From the NCBI GenBank assembly GCA_039621445.1, contig CP154954.1, positions 28,923,837 to 28,987,836 of the forward strand: a stretch of 64,000 bases of DNA, written 5' to 3'. Source of the stretch: Euglena gracilis (lineage: Eukaryota). Numbering within the stretch: the stretch's first letter is position 1; each line of letters starts with the position of its first letter. The notes below the pieces were generated by a model. That model did not search any database. It saw only the letters and a list, made by a program, of their open reading frames with translations, and was not told the origin of the DNA. Positions 54,924-64,000 of the stretch are shown piece by piece. A program made the translations under genes and the position numbers.

Positions 54924-57429
54924 ATTGGCATAGCAATTGCTGCGCTTGGACGCCAGACGTTGGCGGTCGGTTGGCCAGGCGAAGCCCGCACCTGTGGGGT
55001 GTAGGTCCTGGAGGGCGGAGAAGACCGGGCCGGACCGAGGGTCATGCATCCCCTTGCTAAGCAGCCGTTTAGCGGCCTTAGAAAAGGCACCCTCGGCCAC
55101 GAGGGAACGAAGGGAGCGCAGTAAGTCAGCACTGCGGCTGTCTGCCTGGAGGTCAGCAGGGTCGGAATCGGAGTCGGAAAGGCGGGGCCGTTTGCGGGTG
55201 GTGCGATCCATGGGTGAGCGCTCACTTTCGGAGAGTTCTGCTGTCCAAATGGCTGCCACCAGGAGGGAGGGTAGGCGGAGGGCGCAATCCGTAACGAGGT
55301 CCCGGAGGGCGCGTTGTGCACGTTCATTGGCCCCCCCACGGGTGTCAGCACATAGGCAGAAGCGAGAGAAGGCAAAAAGGCGGAAAAGCACCTCCCATGT
55401 GGGACGGCTGTGCAGATGACGTATCAGTTCTGCAAGACAATGTCCAAGGGCAGTGCGGGAGCCGCGCGGAGTGTGCCGCATAATGGGGCAGCGGAGTTGG
55501 AAGAGGCCGGAGATGTCCGGGACGGTGGGGGGACGTGCGCTATCGAGGGAGGTCTCGAGGGAACCTGATGTGGGGCGGGGAAGGGCAGGTTGAATGATGG
55601 CGATTTCGTGTGGGGCCCGTGGTTCGGGCCCAGAAGGGCCATCACGAAGGGCACGAGACCGGCGTGCAACCCGTTCGTCCCGCTCGATCAAGGCGCAGGA
55701 ATTGCCACCACAGAGGCCGCGTAAAGGGGACAAGCGGCAGCAGTGCCCTTTAGCAGCTGAGTGGCTCTGCTCCGCCAACCTCTTCCCCCTCCGGAAGAAG
55801 GACCACGGTGTTCGGCCGGTCGCGGTGGGCAAAACGTTGCGCCGGGTAGTGGAGAAAACATTGCTCTCCCTTCCCGAAACAGCACAAGCCGGAACGAACC
55901 TTCGGCCCCTTCAATCCGCCTTTGGAGGGAAGGTCGCCCGCGAAAAGATCGGCATTACCCTGCAACACCTTTGTATTGCACAAGCAAGCAGAGTCCGACT
56001 GGGTATTGCTCCAAATCGACATTCGCAACGCCTTTAACTCCATACAGCGGCAAGCCATCCTCGACGCGGTCCACCGTGCACCCCACCTGCTGCACTGGTG
56101 TCGCCTCTCGCTCCAGCCTTCGTGGCTCTTCGTAGGGGATTCCATCCTATGGAGCACAGAGGGTGGACAACAAGGAGCCCCCTTGGTCCCTCTCCTCTTC
56201 TCACTGGCCATTCATGACGTTCTGCAGTCAGCACCGAGTCGGGATTGCGCCTTTTGGTATCTTGACGACGGTTCCTTTCTGACAAACGTCCCCACGGCCA
56301 ACCTCACTCTCCACCACATTCAGACTGGCCTCGCACGGCTCAGTTGTTCCCTCAACCTTGCGAAGACCACAATCTGGGGCCCGGGGACCTCCCAACTAGA
56401 CTCCCTTCCACCGGATGCCATCCTTCGACAAGCCGCCCTCATCCCTTTCTCCCCCGACTCCGGGGTCACCGTCCTGGGTGTCCCCATCCATCACCCTGCC
56501 TCCGCTGCCTTCGTACAGCAGCAGCTGGAAAGCTCTGTGGCCAAACACGAAGCCGCCACAGGCATCCTTGCATCCGTGCGCGACCCACAGGTACAACTTG
56601 CCCTCTTGCGCTTCTGCTTTGATGCATGCAAGTTCAGCTCCCTCCTGCGAAGCGCCCACTGCCTCCCTTTCCGGGACCTTCTCTCCCGTGCTAATAACTG
56701 TCTCCGCAGCACTTTCCAACAGATTCTGGACTGCTCGGGCTTGCTCCCCTCTACGCCACGGAGGTCTGGGCATTTGCCCGTCTACGTCCACAGTACTCCC
56801 GGCCCGCCTGAGCGCGCTCCTTTCCTGGCTCACCCATGCGCCCGACGACCTCGGCCTCCAAGACATCATTCACGCCCCCCTGGACGGCCTGCTTGACCTA
56901 CCGAATGGTCTCCGCTCCCAACTCGGTGACACCTTTGAACCAATACAAAAATGGTTCACAACCGGGCAGCTCGACCCCGGTGACACGAGTCATCACGACC
57001 AAGCCTGGTGGATCAGCTCCGCCTCGCATCCAAGACCGCCTTCCTCGCGTCCCTCAATAACCGGGACCGTGTCCGCTTTGAGCACCAGTCTTCCCCAATC
57101 AGCTCAAGTTGGATCGGCGCCCGGCCGTGCAAGGCCGCAGGAATGGTGATCGACGGCGCGGCATTCCGGATGATGCTGAAATGGCACCTTGGGCTGCCTA
57201 TAATTCCATTGAACTTGGCGGGCTCCCCTTGCCCCCTCGGATGTGGCCAAGTGATCGACCCGTTCGGAGACCACGCCCTGTGCTGCCGGAAGAACAAACT
57301 CTGGGAGCGGCATCACCGCATTCAGCACTTTCTGGGACTCCAACTGCAAGCTCGGGGTATCCCCCACGCGCTTGAGGTTTCCGTGGCAGTCGACCAGAAG
57401 CGGGATGCGGACATCTTCCTCCCCCACTG

Positions 57430-58113
57430 CAGGGTTAGGCAATTAACCGTCATTTTCCAGGTCAAGCGATTAACCATGGTTAATTAGGGGTCGGGAGTCG
57501 ATTAACCAATTTTCGATTACCCTCCCCCCCTTATTGTCCCCCCCCCCTTATTGTCCCTCGGCCCCGCCGACGGGGGGTTTTTTTGGCTTAGCCAATGAAA
57601 ATCCTTTGGTACCCCCTTATTGTCCCCCCCCTTATTGTCCGGTCGGGCCTCCCGGGGGGAGGTCGGTGGGACAATAAGGGGGGGGGGGGTGGTAACCGTG
57701 CCTGTCCCTCGATTAATTTCGATCAACCGCCACCGTATCATCCCCCCCCTCCCAAAACAAATGCCATTTGCCTTTCTGGCTTTACCTTCGCCACTCCACA
57801 ATTGGCCAAAACCCCCAAATTTGTCGTCCAGAAAATTTGGTATCAAAAACAGAGTTTACATTCAAGGCTTTTTGAAAGAATTTTTCATCCACATTAGCAT
57901 TGAACACAACCTTGCCATCTTCCTTGATGAAATGTTCCCAAACTAGAGACATTTCTTCTTCTGACAACAAAAAAAGAAGCGATTAACCACGGGGGTCACA
58001 TGCGATTAACCGTTTTTCGATTAACCATGGTTAATAGTCCCCCCCACAAACGACCGATTAATTGGGGGGGGTCACAAGCGATTAACCGTTTTTCGATTAA
58101 CCATCCAACCTTG
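57430..58113. mobile_element. hAT-like non-autonomous insertion splitting the RLE domain, itself carrying a TA-TSD MITE at 57520-57692
   Basis: CAGGGTTAGG / CCAACCTTG termini, CCCACTG duplicated, CGATTAACC subterminal repeats. Removal restores DADIFLPHWSGAASWAIDV. Confidence 0.8.
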
Positions 58114-58339
58114 CCCACTGGTCAGGGGCTGCCTCATGGGCCATCGACGTGGGTAGAAACCACCCCTCACCACCCAATGCCGCGTGGGGGACAGGGTCGG
58201 AATCAAAACACTTGGGAGGAGTAAAATACACAAAAACTGTTTTAAACATGTTTCAAACAGTTTCCAACAATTCAGATCGCGAAAGACAGCCTGATTCCTA
58301 ACTTCTGGGTCCCGGCAACGTTGGAGACGTTCAACCCAA

Positions 58340-61300
58340 CCCCGGGCCGGACTCCCCAGCCGCATCCCTCCATGATCCTGGTGCAGCATTTATGGTTGCC
58401 AACCACTCTTCCAGTGTCATCCACCTCGCTCCAATCCCACCACCACCACCACCTGCTTACTCATCAGCTTCAGCTCAAACCACAGCACCACCAATTCACC
58501 GCAACCGAAAGCGACGAGCCGAACCGGAGTGTGGGTCATCAGACTCCGATCAAGATGAGAATGGCGTTTTCTACTGCCCATTTCCGCATTGTTGCAAGTC
58601 TTTGCGACATGGCTTCCAAGGATGGAACGCCAAGCGTCTTTCAATCAATCACGTATCCATGGTACACGTCGCTGCAGGTGAAATCCCAACCTCCGTGTGG
58701 CTACTACATGCACAGCGCTGGGTGTGTGGGCATTGTCTGCGACTCCTCCCCGAAGGCAAGCGGTGCGCAGGGGAGAATTGCTTTCCCGTGCGAGCGGATG
58801 CAACGCCATCCCGCTTGCCATCGCCAGCCCACCCGCCACCGAGCCGAGCTGCGTCCTCGTCAACGTCGCACAGCAATCGCATCACCCCCTTGGAGTCTCC
58901 GAATCCTGGCATGTCGGCCGCAATCCATGAAATTATGTCCAAGGTGAGACCATTGTTCCGCCATATCCCGCGTGCGGCAATCCCTCTTTGGGGTATGGCA
59001 TGGGCCGGAGTGCAGCACCGACTTTGCTCTGAAAGATCGTGGGAAGCATTGCGAGACTGGGCCATCTTCCAAAAGGTGACGCTGTGGTCCCCAAGAGGTG
59101 GAAAAGGCCACAAAGGGCAAGCGGCACAACTCATCTGCTCCCGGGTTGACCGTTTCCAGGCAGGAGACAAGGCTACCTTGTGGGAAGACTTCTGCCAGGG
59201 CCTGCCGCGACCAGACCGCAAGAAGCAGAAGGGCATATCCACCATGACCTTGAACGACAAGGTGGAAAGATTGCAAGAAGTCCCATTCTCAAACACGTTG
59301 CGCGGCCTTATGGACGATGGTGCATTTGGCAAGGCTGTCCGACACCTGATGTCTGATGGGTTGCATGATGCATTTGACTTGAATGTGCAAGCAAAGCTGA
59401 GAGAAATGCACCCGAGAGGACCATAAGTTGCGTGCACAGAGCCAGTCTCCAAGCCCTTTCCGTTCCCCAAGGAGGCTTCCAGCCAAGAACAACATGACCT
59501 GAACCATTTCCTTCGGGAAACATTGTTGTCCTTTCCGAAGGCTGCAGCAGCCGGGCCTGACGGTCTGCGGCCACAACATCTACAAGACGTGGTGCGACTG
59601 GATGCGGGGGCTGCATCCCAGGTGCTTTCTGCTTTGAGCACATTCACAAAGGCGGCGCTGGAGGGGTCATTACCAATGCCATCAATGCAGTTCATCTCCT
59701 CGGCATGCCTGATTCCATTGCGGAAGGACGGGCCAGCAGGTGACGTGAATGTGCGACCCATTGCAGTGGGAAACACAATCCGTCGGTTTGTTGGCAAGTT
59801 TGTGATGAATTCGACCTGTGTGAAGCAACGTGCAGCAGAATTACACCCCAAGCAGTGCGGCGTTGCAACGAAAGGGGCATGCGAGACGATTGCACAGGGA
59901 TTGCAGGCAGTGGTGGAAGCAGGCGGCAATGATTGGGCAGTCCTGCAAGTGGATCTGCAGAACGCATTCAATGCCATTGATCGGCAAGCGCTCCTGCATG
60001 CAGTACGCAAGCGGGCCCCAGAGCTGGAAGCGTGGGCCCGATTGTCGTATGCTTCTCACTCTGCATTGTACCTCCAAGGCCACAAAATGTCCAGTGAACA
60101 AGGGGTGCAACAAGGAGATCCTTTGGGTCCCCTCTTCTTCGCCCTGACTTGGCAAGATGTGGTGATGGCGCTCCCGAGTGACTTGATAATGAATGTGTGG
60201 TACCTGGATGACGGCATCTTGTTGGGACACCGGAGGCGCTGGCTTCAGCCTTGGCAATCATCCAGGCGAGCAGCATCAATGTGGGTGTCCGGCTCAACCT
60301 TCAGAAGTGTCGCCTCTGGGGCCCAGCCCAATTGGACCAAACATTGGTGGCCCATCAAGTCCTCGGCTCCATTCCCCGTGTCCCATGGGAGCCCGGGCAA
60401 GGCTTGCGAGTCCTCGGCTTTCCGGTGGAGCACCCAACCACGACGACGTTTCGCCAGAAGGAGATGCAAGCAGTAGTGGACAAACTTGAAGAATCGTGCC
60501 ACGTCTTGAGCAACCTGGGCGACCCACAGTGCCAGCACATTTTGCACGCAGGCATTTTGTGTGCACTAAAACAGTTCCAACTGCTCCAATTCCCACCCCA
60601 AGCATGCACAACGCCATCGGATTTCATCGAGGTCACAAAGGAGCTGCAATGCACCTTGGGCGTACAGTTCTCTCCACTACCAGAGTGGGTAGAGAGGAAG
60701 CAACCGGTGAACGTCGAGGATGACCACAGAAGTCAGCGTTGGTGGTCAGATAAGGTCCATCTAGCACGAAAAGATGCCATGAAGAAGGTCCTCCCACTCC
60801 GGGACAAGTGCCGGCTGCGCCTGCAATCCATGCCGCACACCACAGCCTGGGTGCAGACGGTCCCAAACAAAGGAATGGGGACGCGCATACAAGCAACAAA
60901 GTACCGCCTGCTGCTACGGTGGTGGCTTGGAGCCAAGATCTCTCCATGGGCATCCGGAGCCCCATGCCCCATGTGTGGTGATTCCCTGGATCCCTTCGGG
61001 GACCATTTGCTATGCTGCAAAAAAACAAACTCGTCTTGCGCCACAATGCAGTACGAGATGCGCTGGCAATGGTCCTCCGGGAGAATGGTGTCCACACAAG
61101 GACAGAGGTGGCCGTCGGTGGAAAGAAGCGCCCAGCCGATGTGGCATTTGATGGAGTTGATCCTGCGGGGCCCTTGGCGGTGGACCTTGTCGTCTTTCAC
61201 CCGCTCCGAAAAGGGTTGTCCTGGGAAGAAGACCTAGCAGTGAAGAACATGGCCACGGCAGAACACAAGAAGATCACCAAAAACCAGCCAATATGCGAGT

Positions 61301-61740
61301 CGGCCGGATGGCTGTTCAGTCCACTGTCATTCCACCCATGGTCAGGCCTGGGCCCCCTGGGCTCAGGGCTACTTGGCCGGCTGGTGAAGCAAGCACTAGG
61401 CGACAAACAAGGCTGGGCAAGGCAACACTTGGCCCAAGACATTTGGCACCGTATATCCTCGGCATTGATGGCGTTTGTGGCTGAGCAACTCTCTGCTGTG
61501 TTGGCAGCACGAGGGCACGAGGAGCTCCCGCTAACATCAGCGCCGCGGGATGCACCACCGCCTAGGACAGCACCAGGCCCACAACGAGGAACCTCCGTGG
61601 CGGCGGTGGATATGCAAGGATGGCAAAGAGCATCCATGACCGAAGATGGAATGAATGTGGGCCCCATCCGCATCCAATGCACACGGCCGAGGTGAGAAAC
61701 CTCGCAGATGGTAGCACCATCCCCCCCCACAAAAAAAAAA
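58340..61740 (+). mobile_element. CRE/SLACS-clade non-LTR retrotransposon 2, near full length but disrupted
   Basis: 58392-59426 Zn fingers (CPFPHC..H..H, CGHC). 59523-60230 RT (GPDGLRP, RPIAVG, VDLQNAFN, GVQQGDPLGP, WYLDDG). CPMC..DHLLCC and RLE (RHNAVRD, RPADV, AVDL) to 61695. A-tail at 61731-61740. One premature stop and at least two frameshifts. Confidence 0.92.
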
Positions 61741-61927
61741 GAAAGAAAGGGCCCACGCCCCTCAGGGTCAGGCCAACGGAAATCGAAGTGAAACCGCCCA
61801 AGTGACAGGCGGGTGCAACGGCACGCGGTGACCCGTCCCGACGGCAAAAGAACAGCACGCCGACACGGGCAACGCGCCCGCACGGGCGACGCGCGAGCAC
61901 GGGAGCCGCGCGAGACGCGAGACGCGC

Positions 61928-61977
61928 GCCGTGCTGTGCCGTGCCGTGCCGTGCCGTGCCGTGCCGTGCCGTGCTGT
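61928..61977 (+). repeat. (GCCGT)n microsatellite
   Basis: About 10 units, read directly. Confidence 0.9.
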
Positions 61978-61979
61978 GT

Positions 61980-63807
61980 CCCGGCAAATTGGGCAAGCCT
62001 GCAATTGGATTTCTCCAATGCCTTCAATTGCATGGTCAGGTCACACCTTTTGTTGGAGGCAACTACCAGGACACCCTGCCTCTTCAATTATCTCAACTTC
62101 GCATACAAGAACCCCGCCCCCGTTTTCTGCGCTGGCAAAGTCCTCTGGTCCCGCTGCGGCACACACCAGGGATGCCCACTGGGCCCCGTCGGCTTCTGCA
62201 TCGGCCTGCAACCCCTAGCCGAAACCATCACAAACAACGCAGAATTACTGTGGAGTTCCTGGTACCTGGATGATGGTATCATGGTGGGACAGCCTGACAA
62301 ACTGCAGAAAGTCATCTCCTTCCTCCAGGGTGAGGCCACACGCTGCGAGTTACAATTGAACCTCCGGAAGTGTGTGGTCTGGGGGCCAGCCGGCAATTCA
62401 ATCACTTCTGCACCAGAAATGACCCTGATTCCCTGGGAAAAAGATACAGGGATCACGGTATTGGGGGTACCCGTGGACTTCCCCACAAGCCACCACAAGA
62501 CAGCAGAAGCATGGGACTGCGCCACAGAAAAAATCGAACACGCGGCAGACATTGTTACCAGAATGACGGATGCCCAAATCTCTCATCACCTCCTACGCTC
62601 ATGTCTTGACGGATGCAAAGTCAACCACCTGCTTCGCGGCTCCAACAGCTACCTCTGCCAGGAGGCAGTCAATCGGTCCTCCGAAGTCATCTTACAAGCC
62701 TTTGAGGACGTGGTGGGAGTCGCACTGAACACGACACAGAGATTGCAAGCAGCACTTCCACTCTCTAAAGGAGGATGCGGGCTGCGCGTCCCCTCACACA
62801 ACCAAGCAGCGGCCCGCACAGCAGCGCTTTGTGGTTTCTACACCGAAGGGCATCGGAAAATTGGTCTGCCCCAGTATGCAGGAAGTCCTGTGGCAGATCT
62901 CATTGAGCCACCACTGAGAGAACTGTGTGCTGCCCTACCCAACCACCCGACAGCCCCGAGACTGCTTGGAAACCTGGCAACAACTCAGACCGCAGGAAAA
63001 GATGAGCAGTCCCAAAAATGGTAGTCCAAAGAAATAGGCAAAAACACAATGGACAACCTGATTAATCAATGCAGGCCACGGGACCAAGCCCGCCTTCTGG
63101 AACAGTCCTCAGGAATTGGCCATGGTTGGATGGCCTCTCCCCCCTCACCGGCTCTACACACAGTCTTCTCAAGTGATGAGTACTGTCTTGGGCTCAAATG
63201 GTGGCTTGGGCTGCCCATCATTGACGATGAAACACAGAAATGCCAAGGCTGCTCAGCACCACTGGACATGGAAGGGGACCACCTCATCTGCTGCCCTCGA
63301 AACAACTTCACCGCCAGACACACGGCCGTTCAGGATGCAATTTTTACTCTTTTGTCCTCCACAGGCCAAGGTGTCCAAAAGGAAGTCACGATCCCCAATG
63401 CTCTAGATGCCAACCTGCGCCCCGCTGATCTCCTACTATCGTGTTGGCAGGATGGCAAACCCACAGCCCTGGACCTCACAATCTGGCATGGTTGGCAAGT
63501 CCAAGAACAAAACACCTCACGGGAACGATGGAGGTCCTTTTTACGGCGCAAAGAAACGGCCAAGCACTCCAAATATGACGTCACCTGTCAAAACGCCGGT
63601 TGGTCCTTCACAACCTTGGCAATGGGCACGTGGGGAGGCCTGGGCCCAGAGGCCGCCCGCCTGCTTGGCCGCATCATTAAAAGAGCCACTGCATGGCAAG
63701 AAGGTGAAATCAGGGACTTGAAACAGTCGGAATGCTATCAAGCCATTGCAGTCGCACTGACTCGCCAAATCTGGCAACTACTCAGCGTAAAGCATGCTGT
63801 TCGTTAA
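61980..63807 (+). mobile_element. CRE/SLACS-clade non-LTR retrotransposon 3, 5'-truncated, one in-frame stop at 63022
   Basis: LQLDFSNAFN, GTHQGCPLGP, WYLDDG, LPLSKGGCGL, CQGC..DHLICC, RHTAVQD, LRPADL, ALDLT, KETAKHSKY. Confidence 0.92.
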
Positions 63808-64000
63808 AAAGGATACCCAGAAGCCACCAAAAGCTGCGCAAACAGGAGGCAACCAGGAAAACCCCAAGCACCCAAGCACACCAAACACCAAAATCACAAG
63901 GAAGAGGCTCCTACGGCACCATAAGACCAAAAAGACAAATCGCACCAACAACCAGGGCAATACGACACAAACACGCCCCGCCAGGCAGGCACCTACCAAA

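Larger units (their letters stand above)
53900..58335 (+). mobile_element. CRE/SLACS-clade non-LTR retrotransposon 1, degenerate, with internal inversion and nested insertions; ends approximate
   Basis: Zn finger (CAFPVC..HLNCVH), RPVAVG, LQIDIRNAFNSI, GGQQGAPL, WYLDDG, CPLGC..DPFGDHALCC, RH..E..RDADI..AIDV (restriction-like endonuclease). Confidence 0.88.

Noticed and set aside
58649-60010. 453-aa minus-strand ORF
   Set aside because: Antisense shadow of the CRE RT region with no recognisable motifs.
61750-61815. Hammerhead or HDV-like ribozyme between the CRE elements
   Set aside because: No complete CUGANGA/GAAA core or convincing nested pseudoknot could be built by eye.

Overview
Repeat-rich eukaryotic DNA, very probably a euglenid nuclear genome. 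The evidence for that is a host gene whose introns are non-GT-AG and pair end-to-end in the euglenid +4/-6 register. (1) 1-14.9 kb is a nested cluster of DIRS-type tyrosine-recombinase retrotransposons. One copy (7327-11908) looks intact, with inverted terminal repeats, an internal complementary region, and two fully overlapping ORFs starting 7 nt apart (RT-RNaseH-DNA adenine methyltransferase, 1013 aa; low-complexity arm plus tyrosine recombinase, 1339 aa). Its coding body is almost free of CpG. (2) 16.5-25.2 kb, minus strand, is a TylF/MycF-family O-methyltransferase gene that the ORF track misses as a whole. I rebuilt it by hand from 10 short exons. (3) 26-53 kb is mostly non-autonomous DNA transposons (8-bp-TSD hAT-like and TA-TSD MITEs), short tandem arrays, and an internally deleted pogo-like element. 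(4) 53.7-64 kb holds three head-to-tail, degenerate CRE/SLACS-clade non-LTR retrotransposons, the first with a ~1.4 kb internal inversion. All family assignments come from motif recognition by eye; no database search was run.
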